From positions 64,001-128,000 of the forward strand of contig CAVQNT010000006.1 of assembly GCA_963714275.1 (NCBI GenBank): a stretch of 64,000 bases of DNA. Reading direction: 5' to 3'. The notes under the pieces were generated by a model. That model saw nothing but the letters and a program-made list of their open reading frames with translations, did not search any database and was not told the origin of the DNA. The position numbers and the translations under genes are program-made. This document shows positions 51,569 to 62,115 of the stretch, in pieces. How positions within the stretch are numbered: position 1 is the stretch's first letter; every line of letters starts with the position of its first letter. The stretch comes from Candidatus Bathyarchaeota archaeon. GTDB taxonomy: Archaea > Thermoproteota > Bathyarchaeia > Bathyarchaeales > DTEX01.

Positions 51569-52795
51569 ATGACTTCAGATACAAGAAAAAGCAACGACAT
51601 GGTTTTTCTAACTCTTTCAGTAATGGGACTCGTCGCAATACTCAGCTCAACAATGTCCAAAAATCCAGGGTTGAAGCCTTATGCGACAAGCTTGGGAACC
51701 CCAGATGAGTGGACGGGCTTTGTGGCGTCAGCGTCCACAATTCCTGGCATTTTGGTCAGTTTGCCCGCTGCTTCACTTTCAGACATTTTTGGCAGGAAGA
51801 AGTTTCTGTTGTTGGCTGGGTTTATTTTTGCTTCTGCGCCTTTCCTTTACATTTTGATAACCGTTTGGTGGCAACTTATTCTTTTGAGGTTTTACCACGG
51901 CTTTGCAACCGCAATCTTCGTTCCTGTGGTTGAGGCCACAATTGCAGAGTTGTTTCCTACCAAACGTGGAGAACGTTTATCGTTATTTTCTTCAATCACT
52001 TATGTTGGACGGGTCATAGCACCTGTTCTGGGAGGAACCATATTACTCGTTACAGGAACAAATTTTCACACGCTATACCTTTCTGTGGCAGTAGCAGGCG
52101 TAACAGCATTCATCACTGGATTATTGTTTTTCAGCGAGAAGAACCCGAAAAAAGCTCAGTCCAAGATGGAAGGCACAGGAGCCATCTTAAAAAAGGTTTT
52201 CGAAGGCTGGGGAACGATGGTCAAAAACTCCAAAGTCCTTGTTGTTTGTTTGGTTCAAGCATGCCAATACTACAGCTTTGGCGTCGTGGAATACTACCTC
52301 TCTGGTTATCTGCAGGAATTTCTTCAGCTTGATTGGCTTTCAACAGGCTTAATCACTGGAAGCTTGATTGCTGTTCCAATTGTCGTAAAACCTTACATGG
52401 GTAGAATGTCAGATAGGATTGGACGACGTCTTCCAATAATCCTTGGTTGCATAGTTTGTGGGCTGCCATTAATAGTAATCCCTTTCACTTCTATTTTCTG
52501 GATTCTCCTCTTACTGGCAATGGTCTACGGATTTGGTTTCGCAACTGTAACCGCTTCCACGCCGGCCTTAATCAGCGAACTTGTACATAAGGAGCTGATT
52601 GGCGCATCAATGGGTTTTCTAGACACGATAATGGATGTTGGGCAAACCTTTGGACCTATAATCAGCGGGTTCATACTGGCCACAAACCTCCAATACCATG
52701 GAGTCTTCTCTTCGCTTACAGTAGTTCTGCTTTTTTCATGCGTAATTTTTGCAGCGTCAGGGATTATTAAAGCAAAACCAGTGGACAGTACCTAA
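51569..52795 (+). CDS. MFS transporter
   Basis: SDIFGRK, SDRIGRR, about 12 TM segments. Confidence 0.92.
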   Translation: MTSDTRKSNDMVFLTLSVMGLVAILSSTMSKNPGLKPYATSLGTPDEWTGFVASASTIPGILVSLPAASLSDIFGRKKFLLLAGFIFASAPFLYILITVWWQLILLRFYHGFATAIFVPVVEATIAELFPTKRGERLSLFSSITYVGRVIAPVLGGTILLVTGTNFHTLYLSVAVAGVTAFITGLLFFSEKNPKKAQSKMEGTGAILKKVFEGWGTMVKNSKVLVVCLVQACQYYSFGVVEYYLSGYLQEFLQLDWLSTGLITGSLIAVPIVVKPYMGRMSDRIGRRLPIILGCIVCGLPLIVIPFTSIFWILLLLAMVYGFGFATVTASTPALISELVHKELIGASMGFLDTIMDVGQTFGPIISGFILATNLQYHGVFSSLTVVLLFSCVIFAASGIIKAKPVDST

Positions 52796-53069
52796 CTATG
52801 CCTAACCATTATACACCAGCAAAATAAACGAAAATGGGTTTGTCCCTTTTAGACCTTTTCAGTTACAATAATTTCTACGAAATGGAAACAAATTTTGCCT
52901 TTTGCTCGAGATTTCATGTTTAACGAGGAACCATATTTTATGAGCTATTAGACTCGGTTAGTTCCAATAAAATCGTCATAGTATTTTCGACGTATCTAGC
53001 ACATTTTTTCTGGAAGACATTTTCTTCTCTTGCCTTTTTTGTTCATCGGGGTTAGCTGAGCTCACTAGG

Positions 53070-53372
53070 TTACAAATTTATGGAATGATAGAGTCTGGTC
53101 GGTGTGGCTTTCCTTGTTTGTACAAGTTCCCTCTCAATTTTCATGTGGTGCCAAACGACATCCTTACCGCTGGAGGTTATGGAAAGAATCTTTGTTCTCC
53201 CGTCCTTTTCCTCAATTAGAAGATCGTGAGCGACAAGGAAATCCACGTGTTTCTTGAGTCTTTTCCAAGTCAAATTCGCCCGATACATGACGTGTGTAGG
53301 TTTCTGTTTGCCGTCCGCAACCGCCTTCAGTATGTCGATGTAGATCTCGAATTGGGACCTTCGCGTCACCAT
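53070..53372 (-). CDS. Small archaeal winged-HTH regulator
   Basis: RRSQFEIYIDIL..KPTHVMYRANL. Confidence 0.85.
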   Translation of the reverse strand: MVTRRSQFEIYIDILKAVADGKQKPTHVMYRANLTWKRLKKHVDFLVAHDLLIEEKDGRTKILSITSSGKDVVWHHMKIERELVQTRKATPTRLYHSINL

Positions 53373-53501
53373 TGAATGTCACCGGGAAATTTCAAGCTTT
53401 CAACGAATTAATAATAAGCTTTCTAATATGCTGAAATATATCATTGCCAAAATGATTCTTAGAAAAACAAAAAGGGGGAGCGAAAATGGGATATGCCATT
53501 T

Positions 53502-54605
53502 TTAGAGCTTCAGAGCAGTCGATTTCGAGTTCTTCTCAACTTCCTCAGCCGTAACCTCTCTTCCCACTTGTCGGAAAGATAAATGCCTTCGCTGATCAGC
53601 ATTGTTTGAAGCGCAATCCTGTCCGTCGGAATCAAGGGAACGCGGTCTTTCAGAACAGCGACCCAGTGATGCTGCGGGGAATCGTATGCGTCCTCGGTTT
53701 CTCGGAGCTGATGCCACCGCCAATCTGCGCTGTCAATGTTGAAGGTTGCGTCCATGTCCATGTCGCCAGCTGAGGTGTGGAAGCTGAAGGGATTGAGCCT
53801 GACGCCGCCTTTGGAGCCTACGATGTAACTGCCTTCAAACGGGTTCAGGTGAATCGCCCAAGACTCGATGATGTCCAGCGTTAATCCTTCGCCGAATCGG
53901 ACTAATCCGAGTCCAAGTTCCTCCACGTTGTAGCCGCTGCTTTTGCGTCTGCCCTCGTCCATGTCAGTTTCCTGATAAATCTTGCCGCTGATGCGTTCAA
54001 CCTTTGGCAGGTCCAGCAAATAGTTCATCTGGGCAATGTGGTAGACGCCGACATCGTAGAGCGCGCCGCCAGGCTGAAATGTGCTTCTGCACGAAGTTGG
54101 TTGAACCGTAGCCGTCCACGAAGGGGCGTCCGCGACGACGGAAGCCAGTTGACCGCGCATGATATATGTGTCCAAGCCTGCCTTCGTCGATTAGGCGTTT
54201 AGCTGCCTTGGTCTCCTTCGCAAAGACCGTGCTAAGCTGGATGCTGAGTTTCCGACCGTACTTCTGCGCTGCGTCAACCATTGATTTAGCGTCAATGTAT
54301 GTGCCAGCCATAGGTTTCTCGCAGTACACGTTTTTTCCTGCCTTCAATGCTGCGATTGTGGCGGGCGCGTGCAGATTGTTATGCATACAAACATCTACCG
54401 CGAGAATGTCGTCTCTTTCCAGGAGCTCATGGAAATTCGTGTAGGTGGACGGAATCTTGAATTGTTCAGCGACTCTTTTCAGTTCAGCTTCGTTCACGTC
54501 TGCTGCGGCAACTACTTCCGCGTCTGGGATTTTCACGTAACTGCCAAGGTGGAACTTGCCGATTTGTCCCACGCCGATGACGCCGATACGAATTTTGGAA
54601 TCCAT
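53502..54605 (-). CDS. Gfo/Idh/MocA-family oxidoreductase; frameshifts
   Basis: [26 protein letters not shown]. Confidence 0.9.
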
Positions 54606-54749
54606 CTAATGTTTCTCTCCAAACCTTTCATTTCAAGGATTATGTGCATCTATTCTGAGGTAGGACTATTTTTAGATTTCCATCCAGAACAAGTCCATTA
54701 CCAAACAATTTTTTGGATTCCAGAAAGTTCCCTTTTTTGAGGGTAAATG

Positions 54750-54890
54750 TCGTTTGATTGTCGATGTATGCGGGTTCGACTGGTCTGTTTTGTGTGACAT
54801 TCGAGTTTTTGTTTTGTGTAACAATACTGGAGCTTATGAAAATTGAACCGTTTAAAAGAACATTTGTTCCGCGGTTTTAGAACAACTGAA
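54750..54890 (+). repeat. Dispersed intergenic element, copy C (shorter, more diverged)
   Basis: CTGTTTTGTGTGACATT at 54785-54801 is identical to 41426-41442, with collinear similarity on both sides. Confidence 0.7.
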
Positions 54891-54949
54891 CCGAATTTGT
54901 AGTTGGTTTCTGGGCTGAACGGACTTTTAATAATGTTTTTCGTTATATT

Positions 54950-55484
54950 CTAGGTTTGCAGTTGGCTTTGTTTTTGTTTCAGTTTCCTGTAATGCTCTTT
55001 CACGAAATAATAGGGGTCATAGTTTCGTTTAGGGTCAAGCTCGCCCGCCTTCGCTGTGTTAGTTTTGCTCGAATACTCATAAAGGAAGGTGGGTTTCCCG
55101 AGTCTCTTCAGGAGCTCAAGGTTTTCGGCTATCACGCCACTGTTGTTCATCCACACGATAATCGCGGAGTCGCAGTCCTCAATCATTCTTCTTTCTCTTT
55201 CCTAAGTCCCGTCCATACTGAAAGTCTTTCCAGTTACCAGCGTTGTACCTTATTTTGACTGCGTGTCCAATGATGACATTTCGATATTCCTTGGATGCTA
55301 GGTAGTCTTGAAATAGTCTACATGCCCCAAAAGCCTCACCAACAATGATCGTCATTTCACGGGCAATAGCCTCATCAATCCTTTCTTTTACCTCAGCTGG
55401 CAGTTCCTTGGCATTAAAAGCGCTGCTTCCCATTAAAAGAAGCTTCTTCTTTTTAGGTTCTTCTTCCTCGCTCATTTGCATCAC
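54950..55484 (-). CDS. SLOG/YspA-like protein; frameshift near 55200
   Basis: LLMGSS...IIVGEAFGA...MIEDCDSAIIVW..NL..L...GKP. Confidence 0.6.
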
Positions 55485-55633
55485 CTATTTCGTTATGGTG
55501 AACTGCAATAGATACATACCACTGGTTTAATTCTTATAATTTTGTTTTAAGCTCATGCCAGACGAGTACTGACGTGAGGAAGCAACAATTTTTACTTAGT
55601 TTTCAAGTTTATTAAATAAAGTTTTAAATATTA

Positions 55634-55661
55634 GTATTACGAATTATTAAAAAAGTATTAC
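55634..55661. promoter_or_regulatory. NikR-type operator GTATTA-N16-TATTAC
   Basis: AGTATTACGAAT occurs at 55633 and 55654. Geometry matches the E. coli NikR site GTATGA-N16-TCATAC, and nikR is the next gene. Confidence 0.6.
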
Positions 55662-55717
55662 GAATATTTAACTTCGCAACCTATCCTAAACCCCAATCAA
55701 TATCGAGAGGTTTATAC

Positions 55718-56239
55718 ATGAGCAAGCCAAACCGAACTAAAGTCTTAGTTTTTGCGGCCTTGATGGCGGCCCTAACAAACATCCTTTCATTAGACTTCCT
55801 CGTCATACCCATCATCATCGGACCTTTTGCATCTAGAATCCACATAAGCCAGTTAGCCATATTGGTCAGCGGTACTTTCGCAGGTCCACTTTCTGGCTTG
55901 TTAACAGGAGCCATTGGCGGAATATACATGAGCTACTCAGTCAGCATTCCATTCTTAATTGGCGGTTTAGCCTTGCTCGGATTCTCCGCAGGACTGTTCA
56001 CTAAAAAGCTGAAACTGAGACCGTTTCTTTCATCAATTCTTGCTTGGTGCGTTCAGGCGCCCTATGTTCTCGTAACGGACTATGTCTGGTTTGTTTATTC
56101 CAGATTGATGCCCCCAGGGGTCGCCTTGACAGTAGTCACTACAATTCTCATAAACCTGACAGTGGAAACGATCATCGCCTCCATTTTAGCTGAAATAATA
56201 ATCCACTACCTAAAACGAACAGGATTAACCATCGGATAG
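55718..56239 (+). CDS. ECF transporter S component
   Basis: AALMAAL motif, GPLSGLLTGAIGG, several TM segments. Confidence 0.85.
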   Translation: MSKPNRTKVLVFAALMAALTNILSLDFLVIPIIIGPFASRIHISQLAILVSGTFAGPLSGLLTGAIGGIYMSYSVSIPFLIGGLALLGFSAGLFTKKLKLRPFLSSILAWCVQAPYVLVTDYVWFVYSRLMPPGVALTVVTTILINLTVETIIASILAEIIIHYLKRTGLTIG

Positions 56240-56674
56240 AATACAAGGCGTTATAACACGTTTCTATAACATGTTAAAGCTTTTATTCTTAGGTTCTAGG
56301 GTATCTGAGAATTTGATGTTTAGATGGACCAATTCGCCTTCATTAGTAAACATGGCGAAACAACTTTTCACCAAAGGTTTCAGTTATTCTAATCTTTTTC
56401 GAGCATAGATCATGCATGAATCAAGAGCAACCACAATGTTTGTGAGCTTTTACCATTCCAATCAAATCGCAAAGGGATGGCATGTTGAAAATTTGGAATA
56501 TTATCAACAAAAAACGAGTTTACACTCTCCATAGAGCAACAAAGACCATCATTTCAGTTATGTCATGTGTTTTAAAGTAAGTCATGCTGGACGCTTCATT
56601 GGTAACATGAATTTAGAAGTTCGTAACATTTTATTTATAAATCTTTTATGTATAAACAATTTACTGTGAACAAA

Positions 56675-57093
56675 ATGGAATCTTCTATTAAAGGTGTGGT
56701 TCGGTTTAGCCTTTCCATTCCTCCTTCATTGTTGAGAAATTTCGACGAAGTTTGGAAGGTCAAGGGCTACGACAACCGGTCCCAGCTGCCCATGACGCTT
56801 TCCGCAGTTTCATAAGCGAGTATAAATTGGCTTTTAGCGACACTGAAGAAATTGCTGGAGCCATTATGTTAATCTACTATTTGGATAAGCCGGGTTTGTT
56901 GAACCAGATTGTCGAGATTCAACACGGCTTTGAAGGCATCGTCTCCTCCACCATGCACATCCACCTAGCAAAAAACAAATGCCTAGAAATAATGGCGGTC
57001 AAGGGAAAGGCAAAGGACATACGAGAGCTTGGTCAAAAACTCAGCACGCAGAAGGGCGTAAAAGAAATGAAATTAGCAGTCACTGCGCCATAA
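56675..57093 (+). CDS. nikR: Nickel-responsive regulator NikR; frameshifted near the N-terminus
   Basis: VVRFSLSIP RHH strand, GYDNRS, and Ni ligands QH, HIH, CLE. Confidence 0.88.
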
Positions 57094-57178
57094 TTAGGAA
57101 TTGATAATAAGGGCTCAAATTCCTTATAGAAAAGGTCTACTCACTTTATTTCCTTAAATGATTATTTTCTAATAATAA

Positions 57179-58615
57179 ATGAGGAGTGTTCGTATGAAAG
57201 GTAGAACAACCGTGATTCCTGAGGGACCTTTTCAGCCGAGTTGGGAATCGCTGGAGCATTATACGGTGCCGGATTGGTATTTGGACGCGAAGTTTGGGAT
57301 CTTCATCCATTGGGGTGTATACTCGGTTCCGGCGTTCCGAAACGAATGGTACCCAAGGAACATGTACCTTCAAAATCAACCCGAATACAAGCATCACTTG
57401 GAAACCTACGGTCCACATAAGCAGTTTGGTTATAAAGACTTCATTCCAAAATTTAAGGCGGAAAAATGGGATCCGAAAAAATGGGCTGAGCTTTTCAAAA
57501 AGTCTGGCGCCAAATATGTTGTGCAAGTTGCTGAACACCACGATGGCTTTGCATTGTACGATTGCACCTTTGGCAAGTGGAATGCAGTAAAAATGGGACT
57601 TAACCGTAACATTGTCGGCGAGTTAGCGTCAGCGGTACGTAAACAGGGATTGGTCTTCGGAGTTTCCTACCACCGAGCTGAACACTGGTGGTTCTTTGAA
57701 GGAGGTATGCAGTTCGATTCCGACGTGAAAGACCCCAAATACGCCAGCCTCTACGGTCCTGCAGAGCCCCAAAACACACAGCCTAACGAAGAGTTTCTTA
57801 ACGATTGGTTGGGGCGTGCCTGCGAATTGGTCGATAAGGTCAAGCCACAACTTTTCTATTTTGACTGGTGGATTGAGCAGTCAGTATTCAAGCCTTACCT
57901 TCAAAAGTTCGCTGCTTATTATTACAACCGTGGGAAGCAATGGAATCTTGGTGTTGCCATCAACTACAAGCATAATGCCTTCCCAGAATATGCTGCTGTG
58001 TTAGATGTTGAACGCGGAAAGCTAGGTACCTTGCGGCCATTGTTCTGGCAGACCTGCACCTCAATCTGTAAAAAGTCATGGGGTTACATCCGAGACCACG
58101 ACTACAAATCAGCAGGTTCCATCATAAGCGACTTAGTGGACATCGTAAGCAAGAACGGCTGCTTGCTTCTGAACATCGCTCCCAAGCCGGACGGCACAAT
58201 CCCAGAGGAACAACAGCGGATTTTGATGGAGATCGGTCAGTGGCTGGAAATCAACGGTGAAGCCATTTATGGGACCCGACCTTGGATAACCTATGGCGAA
58301 GGACCAACACGCACAATTAGTGGCGAATTTAAAGACACATCTGGCGAATCATACACTGGTCATGACGTCCGTTTCACAATTAAAGGCGACACTCTTTACG
58401 CTATAACTTTAGCTTGGCTTGGAGAGGAGATGGTCATCCAGTCGTTCAGCACGAATCTTAGAATCTATAATGGAGAGATAGCCAGCGTGCAATTGCTGGG
58501 ATCAGAAAAGCCAATTGAATGGTCCCGCAACGAAACTGGATTAAGGGTAAAAATGCCAGCTCAGAAACCATGCGACTACGCCTTCGTATTGAAAATCACT
58601 AAAAAGACACCTTAA
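57179..58615 (+). CDS. Alpha-L-fucosidase, GH29
   Basis: DAKFGIFIHWGVYSVP, EHHDGF, YFDWW, DIVSKNGCLLLN. Confidence 0.93.
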   Translation: MRSVRMKGRTTVIPEGPFQPSWESLEHYTVPDWYLDAKFGIFIHWGVYSVPAFRNEWYPRNMYLQNQPEYKHHLETYGPHKQFGYKDFIPKFKAEKWDPKKWAELFKKSGAKYVVQVAEHHDGFALYDCTFGKWNAVKMGLNRNIVGELASAVRKQGLVFGVSYHRAEHWWFFEGGMQFDSDVKDPKYASLYGPAEPQNTQPNEEFLNDWLGRACELVDKVKPQLFYFDWWIEQSVFKPYLQKFAAYYYNRGKQWNLGVAINYKHNAFPEYAAVLDVERGKLGTLRPLFWQTCTSICKKSWGYIRDHDYKSAGSIISDLVDIVSKNGCLLLNIAPKPDGTIPEEQQRILMEIGQWLEINGEAIYGTRPWITYGEGPTRTISGEFKDTSGESYTGHDVRFTIKGDTLYAITLAWLGEEMVIQSFSTNLRIYNGEIASVQLLGSEKPIEWSRNETGLRVKMPAQKPCDYAFVLKITKKTP

Positions 58616-58741
58616 AGAAAACCTTGAATATCATTGGATTATGTCCTGAATAATGTTAATCCTGAAAAGTGTATGGACCAGTAGTTTTTCTTAAGAATAT
58701 ACATGAATCTGAAACATCGAAAAAGCGCCAACTATATTGAG

Positions 58742-58816
58742 TGGACGAGGAGGGATTTGAACCCTCGACCTCAGCGATGCCAACGCTGCGATCATGCCAA
58801 ACTGATCTACTCGCCC
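58742..58816 (-). tRNA. tRNA-Ala(GGC), intronless
   Basis: GGGCGAG acceptor with G3:U70, anticodon arm CAGCG-TTGGCAT-CGCTG, T loop GTTCAAATC, A73. Confidence 0.95.
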
Positions 58817-58942
58817 GTTTCCTGTTTCTTCATAGAACTGTTTTTTTCGTGTTCTTAAGGGTTTTGCTGACCAATCATGCATGTTGACCGTTAAAAAACT
58901 TAAAATACTATGAGCCATTTTTTGGTTCTGAGGTTACTCGAT

Positions 58943-59834
58943 ATGAAAAAAGAAAAAATTGGTTTTATTGGCTTAGGCGTCATGGGCAAGCCTATGGCGA
59001 TGAACCTTTTGAACGCGGGCTACAAGTTAACAGTGTGGAACAGAACCAAGTCGAAGATGGACGACCTTTTGGCTGCGGGGGCTTCAGGGGCTAAGTCGCC
59101 CAGGGAGGTTGCTGAAAAATCCGATGCCGTCATTACTATGGTCACCGACTCCTCTGACGTAGAAGAAGTAATGTTAGGACCAGAAGGCGTGGTTCACGGC
59201 GTTCACCGAGGCTTAGTCGTAATCGATATGAGCTCTATTTCGCCAACCGTCACACAGAAAGTTGCCAACGAACTGGGGGCCAAGGAAGCAAAGGTTCTTG
59301 ATGCTCCGGTAAGCGGAGGCGAAATCGGCGCCAAACAAGCAACCCTTTCGATCATGGTGGGCGGAGCAAAAGAAACCTTCGACGAATGCCTTCCTATCCT
59401 GCAGGTTCTCGGAAAAAGAATCACGCACATGGGCTCGAACGGAATGGGGCAGACGACGAAGCTATGCAACCAAGTGATCTGTGCGCTCAACATTCAAGCC
59501 TGTCTGCGAGGGGCTGATGCTTGGCGCGAAGGCGGGGCTGGACCTTAAAAAACTCCTCGAAGTCGTAACTGCGGGCGCAGCGGGTTCGTGGATGCTTTCA
59601 AACTTGGGACCGAAAATCGTTGAACGCGACATGCGTCCTGGCTTCAAGATCAAGCATCAACAAAAAGACCTGAAGACCGTGTTGTCCTTCGCTTCTGAGC
59701 TGGGGCTTCCGTTGCCCGCGACAGCTTTGGTGCAGCAAATGTTTAGGGCGGTTGAAGCGGAAGGGCTGGGCGAACAGGGAACCCAAGCAGCCATCGTTGC
59801 CATGGAAAAACTGGCTGGAAAAAAGGTTAGCTGA
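58943..59834 (+). CDS. Beta-hydroxyacid dehydrogenase (GarR/MmsB-like); frameshift near 59500
   Basis: GFIGLGVMG, DAPVSGG, KLCNQ, KDL. Confidence 0.9.
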
Positions 59835-60009
59835 GAAACAACTGTGAAAAAATTATTTTTCCACGAGAATCCATGATTCATAATCAAATCATTATTAAGA
59901 TTCCTAACCTGACTGTTCATCAAAATAATGTCTGAGCGTTTTTGAAAATATTAATAAGTTTCTACTCGCTCAATTCAGTAACCTAACCCATAATACGGAG
60001 CAAATAAAG

Positions 60010-61392
60010 GTGGCAGCCAAAAAACCCCAAACGAAAATGCCTAAGCGCGATGTGGCTGAAAGGATTAGGTCATTCAAAGAGGTCGCCCTTGGCTACAAGG
60101 AAGCCGATGCTGCTGCTGAGGCTAACCGCTGCCTGCAATGTAAGGTTCCTAAATGCGTTGAAGGATGCCCCGTCGGCATAGACATTCCAGCCTTCATTAG
60201 GTATGTCCGCGAAAACAAATTCAGCGAGTCACTGAACAAAATTCGCGAAAAAAACAGTCTTCCCGCCATCTGCGGTCGAGTTTGCCCCCAGGAAGACCAG
60301 TGCATGGGCAAATGCATCTTAGGCGTGAAAGGCGAACCCGTCAACATCGGGGCTCTTGAAAGGTTCGTGGCTGACCAAGAAAACAAGGAAAAAAAGAAAT
60401 CTACTAAAAAGCCTTCAACGGGGAAACGGGTCGCCATCGTAGGGTCAGGTCCATCCGGGTTAACTGCAGCCGCGGAACTGGCAAAGATGGGGCATGAAGT
60501 CACGGTTTTTGAGGCTCTTCACGCTGCTGGCGGTGTCCTCATGTACGGAATCCCGGAGTTCAGGCTGCCGAAAGACATTGTCAGAGACGAGGTCAGATAC
60601 GTCGAAAACCTCGGCGCCAAAATTGAAACTAACATCATCGTCGGCAAAGTCATACAAATGGACGAACTCTTCAAAAACGGCTTCGACGCTGTCTTCGTAG
60701 GTTCAGGAGCAGGACTTCCGATGTTTCTGGGAGTTCCTGGCGAAAACTTGAGCGGAATCTACTCAGCGAACGAGTTCCTCATTCGGGTCAACTTGATGAA
60801 GGCTTACAGTTTTCCCGAATACGCAACACCTATTAAGGTCGGAAAAAAGGTAGTGGTAATCGGCGGAGGAAACGTCGCCATGGACTCTGCCCGTTCCGCT
60901 CTTAGGCTCGGAGGCGAAGTCACAGTCGTCTACCGCAGAACCGAGGAGCTCATGCCAGCGAGACGGGACGAGGTTGTCAACGCGAAGGAGGAAGGAATCA
61001 AATTCGTCTTCTTGGCAAACCCAGTGCGTTTCGTCGGTGACGAGAAAGGCTGGGTAAAAAAGGTCGAATGCGTCAGAATGGAGCTCGGAAAACCCGATGA
61101 ATCTGGGAGAATGAGGCCTGTTGTCATGTCTGGGTCGGAGTTCCTTGTGGACGCTGACACCGTTGTGGTGGCTATTGGACAAAAGCCAAACCCTCTTGCG
61201 GTTCGTGGAGAAGACGGGGTAAAGGTATCACCTCACGGCACGATTGTTGTCAACATTGAAACGGGCGAAACTGATATGCCCGGTGTGTTCGCAGGCGGAG
61301 ACATCGTAACAGACAACGCCACAGTGATTTCAGCAATGGCTGGTGGTAAAAAGGCTGCACAAGCCATCCACAAGTTTATCACGAAAAACTGA
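60010..61392 (+). CDS. GltD / NfnB / SudA-like NAD(P)H Fe-S flavoprotein
   Basis: EANRCLQC..C..GCP, CGRVCPQE, GSGPSG, GGGNVAMD, FAGGD. Confidence 0.92.
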   Translation: MAAKKPQTKMPKRDVAERIRSFKEVALGYKEADAAAEANRCLQCKVPKCVEGCPVGIDIPAFIRYVRENKFSESLNKIREKNSLPAICGRVCPQEDQCMGKCILGVKGEPVNIGALERFVADQENKEKKKSTKKPSTGKRVAIVGSGPSGLTAAAELAKMGHEVTVFEALHAAGGVLMYGIPEFRLPKDIVRDEVRYVENLGAKIETNIIVGKVIQMDELFKNGFDAVFVGSGAGLPMFLGVPGENLSGIYSANEFLIRVNLMKAYSFPEYATPIKVGKKVVVIGGGNVAMDSARSALRLGGEVTVVYRRTEELMPARRDEVVNAKEEGIKFVFLANPVRFVGDEKGWVKKVECVRMELGKPDESGRMRPVVMSGSEFLVDADTVVVAIGQKPNPLAVRGEDGVKVSPHGTIVVNIETGETDMPGVFAGGDIVTDNATVISAMAGGKKAAQAIHKFITKN

Positions 61393-61416
61393 AAAAGTAT
61401 TGTCTAGATAGACGCT

Positions 61417-62095
61417 TTAGATTCTTAGAATTACTTCGTCAACGTATTTTTTCATCGTTTGAGCGAAGGAGCCTATTACCTCTGGAGGATAGGGCTTTAG
61501 GCTGTTTAGTGTTTTGTCCAAGGTTTCTCCGGGAACAAACTGCTGGAAGGCGAACCGTTTTGCTCCTTTTACAGTTTCGCCCATCTTCGGGATGTCTTCT
61601 TCCGTGACGATTGTTGGGACAGTCGTGTTTCGAAGTTCGTAGTCCACTTTTCCTTTTTTCAGAATTTCCAAGTCTACGTAGAAGGTTACGCGTGTCATCT
61701 GTGCCCATGAGACTGTATTTTTCCAGCGAGGTTTTAAAATCCATAGCAACGTAGTCAAGACTCGGTAAACACTTTTCTAAAACTTGGGGGAAGAAACCGT
61801 TTGTGTCCAGTTTCACCGAGAATCCTTCATTCTTTAGCAGTAGAACAAAAGTAGGCAGGTCATCATTTAATGCTGGTTCCCCGCCCGTAATGACCACTGC
61901 GTCCACGTACTTTTTTCGGGACCTAAGAATTTTGAGCGCATCCTCTTCCAAAAGAAAGGGAGGCTTAGGGTCTATAATGAGCCGTCCGTTGTGACAAAAA
62001 GGGCAGCGAAGATTGCATCCTACGGTAAAGAGTACGCTGGAAATTTTGCCGGGAAAGTCTATTAGGCTTGTCTTCTGGAAGCCTCCGAACTTCAT
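61417..62095 (-). CDS. nrdG: Anaerobic ribonucleotide reductase activating enzyme, radical SAM; frameshifted
   Basis: SLIDFPG, GCNLRCPFCHN, ITGGEP, KLDTNG, YELRNT. Confidence 0.9.
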
Positions 62096-62115
62096 GTGCC
62101 CTTTTCCTTCTAGAG

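Noticed and set aside
58742-58816. tRNA-Ala as the integration site of the element, and ORF 58691..58918 as a gene
   Set aside because: The tRNA is 47 kb from the element and no duplicate of its 3' end was seen near 9-12 kb. The ORF simply runs across the tRNA.
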